Part shown: one piece after another, positions 9,196-16,425 of the stretch
Layout: each line of letters begins with the position of its first letter
How positions within the stretch are numbered: position 1 is the first letter of the stretch
Source of the DNA: a virus
Reading direction: 5' to 3' (one strand)
IMG/VR virus record: IMGVR_UViG_3300024346_003797
Span: 1-64,000 of that record
DNA: 64,000 nucleotides
Notes under the pieces: model-generated
What the model was told of the DNA's origin: nothing
The model's database searches: none
Seen by the model: the letters and a program-made list of their open reading frames with translations, nothing else
Program-made: the position numbers and the translations under genes

Positions 9196-9372
9196 ATGGA
9201 GTCAGAGAGTAAAGCCATAAAAAATGCTGCCCTTAAGTTTGCATGGTACATGCGTGGAGGTGCCAGCTATGAAGATATATTAAATATGTCCTCTGTTGAA
9301 CGAAATAATATTGGTAAACTAATAGAAGATAATCTTGACACTACTAAGAAATCAGGACTACCATTCTTCTAA
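9196..9372 (+). CDS. gp51-like baseplate hub assembly protein (58 aa from ATG; frame open from 9136), absent from the ORF track
   Basis: MESESKAIKNAALKFAWYMRGGASYEDILNMSSVERNNIGKLIEDNLDTTKKSGLPFF. The ..EDILNM...ER motif and position after gp26 resemble gp51-like proteins. No clear SD before the ATG. Confidence 0.7.
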   Translation: MESESKAIKNAALKFAWYMRGGASYEDILNMSSVERNNIGKLIEDNLDTTKKSGLPFF

Positions 9373-9418
9373 TCAATCCCGTAACTGTTCATTTATCAAC
9401 ATCGGGCTATCTATGTAA

Positions 9419-9460
9419 AGATGAACTTCGTTCATCTAAGAACTCACTTCGTTCGTTCTT
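9419..9460 (-). other. Two abutting C-GAA-G triloop hairpins (ssDNA-type structures)
   Basis: Minus strand: AAGAAC-GA-AC-GAA-GT-GA-GTTCTT (tandem G.A mismatches) followed immediately by perfect AGATGAAC-GAA-GTTCATCT. Confidence 0.7.
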
Positions 9461-9519
9461 TGTTTTTACGGTTATCTATTGTATTTTACTCTATATAATA
9501 TATGGACTATATTGCCGCT

Positions 9520-9861
9520 TTGAAGCCATGGTAGTGCTATTCAGCACTACCAATGGTTAAGGGAATTTGCCATGCCCGTCATCCTTTGTTATCTTTTCCC
9601 CGTCTAATTAGCTATTTGATGCTATTAAACGCTACCGGTTGCTCTGTAAAGTTATGGGACTGTAGTGAAGCTATCAATGGTCTTTCAATTGATTCTTCAG
9701 CAACGCACTTCTCACCCCGCAAAGATAAAGTAGGGATGAGCTTGTTGAGGGTTCGCTTTGTCGATTGCCCTCTCGGTATTCCATAGTTATCACTAACTAT
9801 GCTTACTCCAGATCCATCAGCGTTCTTACACGCATCTTCAAGGAGGTCTTGCAGCCAAGAC
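9520..9861 (-). ncRNA. Candidate large structured non-coding RNA (~340 nt), family not recognised
   Basis: At least 8 hairpins plus nested long-range helices found by hand. G-U wobbles and a GUGA (GNRA) tetraloop favour the minus strand. GC-richer than flanks. No convincing ORF. Confidence 0.65.
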
Positions 9862-9878
9862 AACGAATTTTTATTTGA

Positions 9879-10433
9879 TTATGTAGTTGGGATATTGATA
9901 ACAGTTTGAGTTGACGTTGTGTCTGGTGTTGCCGAATAGGTTTTTAATAATGTACTGTTGTGTAGAAAAAAGTCATCAAATTCAACGATTAGCCAATCGC
10001 CAAACTTGCTTGACGAATAATAGACAAAATTGTCTGTTATCCATGTTGAGCCGCATTGCACGGCAACATAACGACCTTTTCTATTAAACTTCATAAACAA
10101 TAAATTTACGTCACCTGTTTCGGCAACGTCCATTAATTGTTCAATCCATGTATTTATTACTTTGCAGTCGCCTGAAAGTAGTAAGTGAAAAGGAAAATCA
10201 GCATAAAACTTACATTCAATGTTCATCTTACTGAAACTTTGACCGGGTACAATATCACCTTTGAAAGAACGTACTTGTCCTTCATGTAATACTGCTGTTC
10301 TATGCTGATTTTTACCACCAATGTAAGCTCCGGATCCAGGTGCTCTTATAAAGCTTTCGCCATATAGGTCAGAAAGAAACTTTGCAACTTCTCTCTCAAA
10401 TCCTGATCCTTTAGCCTTCTGTGGTGATGTCAT
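9879..10433 (-). CDS. Holliday junction resolvase-like PD-(D/E)XK nuclease
   Basis: KAKGSGFEREVA, RAPGSGA, GDIV, IECK motifs of Hjc-like resolvases. Start re-assigned to ATG 10433 (MTSPQKAKG). Confidence 0.8.
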   Translation of the reverse strand: MTSPQKAKGSGFEREVAKFLSDLYGESFIRAPGSGAYIGGKNQHRTAVLHEGQVRSFKGDIVPGQSFSKMNIECKFYADFPFHLLLSGDCKVINTWIEQLMDVAETGDVNLLFMKFNRKGRYVAVQCGSTWITDNFVYYSSSKFGDWLIVEFDDFFLHNSTLLKTYSATPDTTSTQTVINIPTT

Positions 10434-10438
10434 GTTAA

Positions 10439-10445
10439 TACTTAT
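10439..10445 (-). promoter_or_regulatory. Late promoter motif ATAAGTA (leaderless configuration)
   Basis: GATAAGTA + 5 nt + ATG of the resolvase. Confidence 0.55.
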
Positions 10446-10467
10446 CTGTCTCTGTGTGTATTTGAAA

Positions 10468-12540
10468 TTATTCTGTATCAACCGCTGTTGAATAACTTGT
10501 AAAGCCGTTCTCTTTAATCACCTTAAGAACACTAGGCACCCGCCCGGCTAGTTCTTCACGGTGACTTACAAGCCAAATAGATTTTTGTCTGCGTCTGCTC
10601 ATGTCTTTAAGAATCGCAATAGCATTCTCAACACCCATCGTGTCAAGACCACTATCAATCAACTCATCAATAAACAATGTATTGATCGGGCGATACAACG
10701 ATTCCCATACATCTCTAAACGCAAAACTTAAGCCAAGAATCAATCTATTCCGCTCTCCTCGACTCAAGTTATCAAAATCAAGTTCACGACCAAGCTCGGT
10801 AATCTCAACCTGCAAATCATTCTGAAAGATAACTTGATGGGGTAAACCAATCTTATCCAAGTAATGTGTCAATCGTGCATTCAAGTAACTTAAATTCTGG
10901 TCAATAATCTTCTTACGAACAAAACTATCTTTGCTAACTAATAAATCTAACAAGAACTTCTGATGTTCCATTGTGCGTGTTAACTTATTGATAGCTTCAA
11001 AGTCAATCGCTTGTAGTGCTTGAGTTTCCATTTCAACTACCTGTTCACTATACGGGTCAGTCTCTTGTGATTTGTTATCAATTTGATTTAGAATGTTAGC
11101 AACTTCACTTGAGTGTTTGATTGCCTCAGCTTCAGTATCATAATGAGTAACAGGTTGAGCACCTATAGCTATAGGAGTCAGTTCACTTAGTTGTTCACTA
11201 AATGGGTTAGCCTCTTGCTTTTTATCTTCCCAAACTTTCTTTAAGTTAGCTACATCACCACTATGACGAATAGCTTCTGCCTCAGTTTTGTATGAGGGAA
11301 TAGGCTTAGTACCTAATACACTAACCAATGATTCATTGATTGATAATTGTGTTTCAAAATGAACCAATTCAGCACGTGCGTTCTCAAGTAGAGTAGTTTT
11401 TTCTAATGTGACCTCTAAATGCTTATCATCATGGAAGTCTTGACCACAAGCATAACACTTATGATCCTCAAGTTCTTTAACTTCCCGAACCAATTTGTCA
11501 ATTAATTTTTTTTCTTTTGTGATACTTTTGGTTAGGGTATCAATTATTGTTCCTATAGATTTTTGTTCTGCCTCATCGTGTAGCCAATCTTTTAAGTCAC
11601 TCCAGACTTTGAGTTCGGCTTCAATGTCATACTCATTTTTAAGAGAGTAAGCCTTATGTGCTATTGAAACATCTGTGTCATGTTTTTGTTGCCAAGCTGT
11701 AGACCGAGCAATCAACGCATTGTATGCATCCTGTGCTTCTTTTTGTTTAGTCCAAACACTCAAATCTTTGTGTGCTTGTAGTTCTACTTCAATATTAATT
11801 TTACTTAGTTCATCATATTGTAATGCTAATGATGTTAAATCATCATCGTGTTTCTTTAGCCACAATGTTTGTCTACGTTTCAATGCATCAATCTGCTCCT
11901 TGACACGTTTGTTAGCTTCTTCAATACCCTTAACACGATATTCTTCTTGCTGAATACTATCTTTACTATCACGGATCATATTCTTAATGACCTCAGCTTT
12001 TTCAGATAGTAATGTAATACCCAATAACTGTTCAATGATATCACGCTGGTCATTAGTTTTTAATGCTAAGAACGGTTCACTATATGTATTCAACACAACA
12101 ATATGTTTAAACATATCGGCACTCATGTGAATCACACTTTCAATTGCCTGTTGTGTTTCTTTGTTCTCGCCCTGTGCATCGTCTGTATTCTTTTGTAAAT
12201 CGTTGTTTACATAAAACTTAAGAATGTTTGGTTTACGACCACGTTCAATCTTATAGTCAACACCATCTACACTAAACTCTAGGGTAACCATCATACCCTT
12301 ACCATTAGTACGATTGACTAGATTATCTTTACGAATGCTATTGATTGGTACACCAAACAAGGCATAGCTAAGACCCTGAATGAGGGTTGTCTTACCCGTA
12401 CCATTACGAGCACCGTCACCACCTAAGTCTAAGTTTTCACCTAGAATAAGTGTTAAGTCTTGTCGGTCAAAACTAACAGCTTGTGTTACTTGACCTATTG
12501 ATAAAAAATTCCGTAATGTAATATTCTTTAATGTAATCAT
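10468..12540 (-). CDS. SbcC/Rad50-like ATPase (T4 gp46-like recombination endonuclease subunit)
   Basis: Walker A GARNGTGKTT, zinc hook CYAC, signature LSRGE, Walker B FIDE, H-loop VSH. Confidence 0.95.
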   Translation of the reverse strand: MITLKNITLRNFLSIGQVTQAVSFDRQDLTLILGENLDLGGDGARNGTGKTTLIQGLSYALFGVPINSIRKDNLVNRTNGKGMMVTLEFSVDGVDYKIERGRKPNILKFYVNNDLQKNTDDAQGENKETQQAIESVIHMSADMFKHIVVLNTYSEPFLALKTNDQRDIIEQLLGITLLSEKAEVIKNMIRDSKDSIQQEEYRVKGIEEANKRVKEQIDALKRRQTLWLKKHDDDLTSLALQYDELSKINIEVELQAHKDLSVWTKQKEAQDAYNALIARSTAWQQKHDTDVSIAHKAYSLKNEYDIEAELKVWSDLKDWLHDEAEQKSIGTIIDTLTKSITKEKKLIDKLVREVKELEDHKCYACGQDFHDDKHLEVTLEKTTLLENARAELVHFETQLSINESLVSVLGTKPIPSYKTEAEAIRHSGDVANLKKVWEDKKQEANPFSEQLSELTPIAIGAQPVTHYDTEAEAIKHSSEVANILNQIDNKSQETDPYSEQVVEMETQALQAIDFEAINKLTRTMEHQKFLLDLLVSKDSFVRKKIIDQNLSYLNARLTHYLDKIGLPHQVIFQNDLQVEITELGRELDFDNLSRGERNRLILGLSFAFRDVWESLYRPINTLFIDELIDSGLDTMGVENAIAILKDMSRRRQKSIWLVSHREELAGRVPSVLKVIKENGFTSYSTAVDTE

Positions 12541-12743
12541 TTTAATTTTCTAAAAAAACTATCTTTGGCTAATTCTTCTGCCTTTAATGTTTTTTCCATA
12601 ATACTTTCTACTTTAAGTTTGGCACTAATCAATCTATGTGTTTCTCTGAAACTACCTATATAGGGTTGTGTCTTTGATAGTTCAGATAAAGCAATACCTA
12701 AGTGTTTGTTTATTTTTATAAGAGAAGCTACTTTGTAGGTCAT
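12537..12743 (-). CDS. Hypothetical basic protein (68 aa)
   Basis: 4-nt overlaps with both the gp47 and gp46 genes (translational coupling). Confidence 0.6.
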   Translation of the reverse strand: MTYKVASLIKINKHLGIALSELSKTQPYIGSFRETHRLISAKLKVESIMEKTLKAEELAKDSFFRKLK

Positions 12744-13753
12744 AAGTTATTGTAAATGTCCAACAATAGTTTTTTGTCAAAAGTATTTGATTCAATAGAA
12801 TTAATTTGGTCAATGACGATTTGGTCAACTGACTCAAACCGTAATCCATCTGAACCAGCAATCTCTGTTTGTTCTGCTTTAATAGGTATCAATGCCATCT
12901 CACGTAGTTTATGTTCTGGGATTAGTGTTTCTCTAATGAAGTTAGCTTCCTCATAACTAATATCAATGTCAAGATGTACTCTAACATGACTGTCAATTAA
13001 TAGCAAGCCCTCAGGGTTTTCTAATACATCACTTAGTTTATATACACGATATAATGGTTGACGTGGCCAACTAAAGAATTGTGGATCTTGTCCCCATTCA
13101 AGTACCATCATGCCACGTGCATCATCACCTGCGTCAGCATAGTTATGCGGGAAAGCGTTACCTATATACCACACATTCTTTTTACTTTGACGTTTATGGA
13201 AATGACCACTGAATACTAAATCTGTATTTGGAAAAGAGTCCATATTAATATCACCATGGTCAGGCATTAATATTTGTGCATTCATGTAAAAATTGGGAAG
13301 CTCAAAATGTCCAAATATATATTTAGATTTTAATTTTTTAATTTGTTTTGCTTCATCACCTACTAGCCATGGGCAAATAGTCACATCACCTTCAGTAAAA
13401 ATATCATTAATAACATGAACATTAGGAAGATACCCGGCCCATAATACACTATGAACGTCACGTTTTTCTCTATAGTATAGATCATGGTTCCCTGTTAAAA
13501 AGAACACTTGAGTAAAATTAGAATTTAATAATTCTAAACATTGCATAGAATAATGAAGGCTGTGTATATTGATACTCGCTCGGTGATTATGCCAATCTCC
13601 ACATATAATTGCAGTATCACACCCCTCATCTTTTGCTTTGGATATAAACCACGTAACAAAATTCAAACAGTCCTCATTGTGAACTATACTATTTGATTTT
13701 AGACCAATGTGAAGGTCAGTCATTACTGCCGCTTTTTTAAATAGATTACTCAT
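12740..13753 (-). CDS. SbcD/Mre11-like nuclease (T4 gp47-like)
   Basis: Metallophosphoesterase motifs DLH, GDWH, GNHD, GHFE, SGHFH. Start re-assigned to ATG 13753 (MSNLFKK). Confidence 0.93.
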   Translation of the reverse strand: MSNLFKKAAVMTDLHIGLKSNSIVHNEDCLNFVTWFISKAKDEGCDTAIICGDWHNHRASINIHSLHYSMQCLELLNSNFTQVFFLTGNHDLYYREKRDVHSVLWAGYLPNVHVINDIFTEGDVTICPWLVGDEAKQIKKLKSKYIFGHFELPNFYMNAQILMPDHGDINMDSFPNTDLVFSGHFHKRQSKKNVWYIGNAFPHNYADAGDDARGMMVLEWGQDPQFFSWPRQPLYRVYKLSDVLENPEGLLLIDSHVRVHLDIDISYEEANFIRETLIPEHKLREMALIPIKAEQTEIAGSDGLRFESVDQIVIDQINSIESNTFDKKLLLDIYNNL

Positions 13754-13759
13754 ATGTTT

Positions 13760-13788
13760 ATTATATAGGATATGGCACTGCAAAGCAA
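13760..13788 (-). promoter_or_regulatory. Sigma70-type promoter TTGCTT-N17-TATAAT
   Basis: Perfect -10, 17-nt spacer, ATG 6 nt after the -10. The -35 lies inside an inverted repeat (13772-13794). Confidence 0.65.
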
Positions 13789-13802
13789 TGCCATTGGACA
13801 AA

Positions 13803-14714
13803 TTATTCTTCGTAAACTGTACTGCTTGACCCAGAACCCTGACGACTCCAACTTGGATTAAGACCGTTGATTTCTAAAATATCATCACGTATGTTTTGGT
13901 TGCGCTTTTCTGTGTTCAATACACGACAGAAGCTGTTAGTTATAGCTGCCGTATAATACGCAAACGGGTTTGCTGATTTGGCTTCATTGAAACGCAAGCC
14001 AACATATGTTAGTTGTAGAATGGCACTGTTACGCATTTCGTCATTATATGTATACCCACGCCAATTATATTTCATTGCATATTTTTCACACATCATAATA
14101 TACATACGGGCAAGTTTGTTTGTGATTTTACCATGTTCTTTATTAAAGAAACCAGTTGCTAGATCACCTTCCCAATGACTTTTACCTACACAATAGAATG
14201 TATTGTTGTCATCAATTTTATAATGTTGGAATGGGGGGAAGTTAACTTTAACATGAACCATATCATCTACTTCAGCTTTGGTTGTATTATCTTCTAGGTC
14301 AGCAAATATCTCATCTGGATTTGGTTCCTCAAACTCAAAGATATCTTTTGCTGTTTTCTTTTTAACTGTTTTGCGAGGCTGTTTTGGTGCAACTGGCACG
14401 TGATCCCAATTCATTACACGGAATACTAAATCTGTTAATGGAATAGAATCAGGGGAAACTGCATCTTTACTACCTTGTTCTAAGCTTAAACGCAATGCAC
14501 GGGTTTCTTTTGCCTGTTGGATTGTTTCGGGTTTGAAAGCGTATGCTAGACTTTCATCTAGTGGTGCTTGGGGCATATCTACTATGAAGTCATACCTATG
14601 ATATTCTGGTTTAGTAAAGCAACAATATGCATTTTTACTCTCATGTATTTCTTTTAAAATATCTTTGTTATTGAGATAGTTTACGGGTTTGCGTGGTGCG
14701 GGGAGTAGAGACAT
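13803..14714 (-). CDS. Late sigma factor (T4 gp55-like) with a large insertion
   Basis: YLNNKDIL N-terminus and NWRGYTYNDEM, FNEAKSANPFAYYT.....F...L..EK motifs. Start re-assigned to ATG 14714 after SD AAGGA. Confidence 0.85.
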   Translation of the reverse strand: MSLLPAPRKPVNYLNNKDILKEIHESKNAYCCFTKPEYHRYDFIVDMPQAPLDESLAYAFKPETIQQAKETRALRLSLEQGSKDAVSPDSIPLTDLVFRVMNWDHVPVAPKQPRKTVKKKTAKDIFEFEEPNPDEIFADLEDNTTKAEVDDMVHVKVNFPPFQHYKIDDNNTFYCVGKSHWEGDLATGFFNKEHGKITNKLARMYIMMCEKYAMKYNWRGYTYNDEMRNSAILQLTYVGLRFNEAKSANPFAYYTAAITNSFCRVLNTEKRNQNIRDDILEINGLNPSWSRQGSGSSSTVYEE

Positions 14715-14737
14715 AGTTTCCTTATTATGTTTGATGT

Positions 14738-14766
14738 ATTGTAACACATTAGTTGCAGAAAAGCAA
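14738..14766 (-). promoter_or_regulatory. Sigma70-type promoter TTGCTT-N17-TACAAT (extended TGn)
   Basis: Upstream of the sigma gene. Same -35 hexamer as the gp47 promoter, again inside an inverted repeat (GTTGC-N6-GCAAC). Confidence 0.6.
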
Positions 14767-14801
14767 CAATTTATTAGAGAAAAGGGTAAAATCAGCACTT
14801 T

Positions 14802-14817
14802 TATTTAGCGATAAATA
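14802..14817. promoter_or_regulatory. Back-to-back late motifs CTAAATA (-, 14802-14808) and ATAAATA (+, 14811-14817)
   Basis: TATTTAG-CG-ATAAATA between the divergent sigma gene and baseplate operon. Confidence 0.65.
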
Positions 14818-14839
14818 TGTGTAAGGATAACAACATATT

Positions 14840-16114
14840 ATGGCATCACAAGCTCAACTAGACGCTGATATTGCATCAACCCAAGCTGAAATAGCATCAT
14901 TAGAACTTCAGCTGGATGCGGCTGCAGGATCACCTAATCCAGACCCTGCGGTAATCGCTAATTTAGAAAGAAGTTTATCTTTTGCACAGACTTCTCTGAC
15001 TAGCTTACAATCACAACTATCTAATTTAACAGTAGCCGCTAATGATCCAAATACTAACGTTGGTAACGACACCGAACAACTATCACGTGGACAATTAACT
15101 GTTGATCCAAATACAGATCCAAATACTAATCTAGGTAGTGAAACAATACAGAATCCTGCACCGGCAACTATTAATGTAGACGATGCAATTGAAAAAGCTA
15201 GACTGGAAGCTGAGGCAATAAATGGTGAAATAATTCCTCGTACTGAACAAGATATTATTGGTGCATATGGTGGAATGAAGGGTTTACAAGGATCCGTTGA
15301 TAATGCCAGAGCACGACAGATTACACAAGATGCAGAAAATGCAAAAACACAAGGTGATTGGCGTGTACGATTAAGTTTAGCACCAAGTGCAAGCTACTTA
15401 TATAAAGCCGCTAATCCAGGTATATTAAAATACTTACAAAAAACAGATGGTGTTATATTCCCATATGTCCCGCAAATACAAGTTACTTATGCGGCTCATT
15501 ATGATGCGTCCGAGTTAACACATAGTAACTATAAAATATTTCAGTATAAAAATAGTAGTATAGACCAAATTAGTATTACTTGTGATTTCACTGCACAAGA
15601 CAATGAAGAGGCTAACTATCTTTTAGCAGTAATACATTTCTTTAGGTCAGTTACTAAAATGTTTTATGGACAAGATGATATACCTAAAGCAGGTACACCT
15701 CCACCATTATGTTATCTAAGTGGTTTAGGTGGTTTTCAATTTGATAGACACCCGTTAGTAATATCATCATTTAATTATAGCTTACCCAATGATGTAGACT
15801 ATATACGTGCGGGTAGCCCAACATTACAACCAGGGGTTGACTCAAGTGCATATAATGGTAGTACTGGTGCAGATGCTACAGTTGGTAGTGTTCGTTTAGG
15901 AAGATTGAATCCAGGTGCAACTGAAAATGCACCACAGTTCACAAAAGCAACAAACACGCAACCTACGTATGTACCAACTAAGATATCAATATCACTTGTT
16001 GCATATCCTATCGTTACAAGAAGTGATATTAGTAATAAGTTTAGTTTAGCAGATTATGCTACTGGTGCATTATTACAAGGTAGTAAAAACCCTAGCGGTG
16101 GAGGAATTTGGTAA
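14840..16114 (+). CDS. Baseplate/tail-tube-initiator-like protein with N-terminal coiled coil
   Basis: DWRVRL, GVIFPYVPQI, ISITCDFTAQ, G.PPPLCYL.G.G, P.VI.SFNY.LP.DVDYI resemble tube-fold baseplate proteins (gp48/gp54-like). First gene of the baseplate operon. Confidence 0.55.
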   Translation: MASQAQLDADIASTQAEIASLELQLDAAAGSPNPDPAVIANLERSLSFAQTSLTSLQSQLSNLTVAANDPNTNVGNDTEQLSRGQLTVDPNTDPNTNLGSETIQNPAPATINVDDAIEKARLEAEAINGEIIPRTEQDIIGAYGGMKGLQGSVDNARARQITQDAENAKTQGDWRVRLSLAPSASYLYKAANPGILKYLQKTDGVIFPYVPQIQVTYAAHYDASELTHSNYKIFQYKNSSIDQISITCDFTAQDNEEANYLLAVIHFFRSVTKMFYGQDDIPKAGTPPPLCYLSGLGGFQFDRHPLVISSFNYSLPNDVDYIRAGSPTLQPGVDSSAYNGSTGADATVGSVRLGRLNPGATENAPQFTKATNTQPTYVPTKISISLVAYPIVTRSDISNKFSLADYATGALLQGSKNPSGGGIW

Positions 16115-16425
16115 TGGCAGATAATACAATGTACCCGGCAACAAGTCCATACTATAGTACAGATATAGTTAATGGCAAGTTTTTAGATGTGATGATAGAT
16201 AGACCTATCATTAAACAACCGTCGGATATCTATTGGGAAATTACTATGGTGTATGAATATCGTCCTGATTTGCTAGCATATGACTTATATGCAGACAGTA
16301 GATTGTGGTGGGTGTTTGCTAGTAGAAATCCAAATAGATTAAAAGATCCGTATTTTGATTTTGTAACGGGTGTGGGTATATACTTACCTAAGGCGCCTTT
16401 ATTAAAACAGTTATTGGGACTATAA
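16114..16425 (+). CDS. Baseplate wedge protein, LysM-like (T4 gp53-like)
   Basis: YEYRPDLLAYDLYADSRLWWVFASRNP...DP..DF..G..IYLP. TAATG overlap with the upstream gene. Confidence 0.85.
   Translation: MADNTMYPATSPYYSTDIVNGKFLDVMIDRPIIKQPSDIYWEITMVYEYRPDLLAYDLYADSRLWWVFASRNPNRLKDPYFDFVTGVGIYLPKAPLLKQLLGL

Noticed and set aside
9520-9861. tmRNA, RNase P RNA, tRNA or self-splicing intron
   Set aside because: No tRNA-like acceptor/T-arm with CCA, no GAGGAAAGUCC-type RNase P motif, no interrupted host gene or recognisable intron core. Judged by eye only; needs Rfam.
9553-9863. ORFs 9612..9863 (-) and 9553..9786 (+) as proteins
   Set aside because: No SD or late motif, TTG start for the minus ORF, atypical composition, and the region is explained by dense base-pairing. 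A peptide cannot be fully excluded.
13772-13794. Hairpin as an intrinsic terminator of the sigma gene
   Set aside because: No U-tract follows on the minus strand and it overlaps a good -35; kept only as a possible regulatory dyad or processing site.
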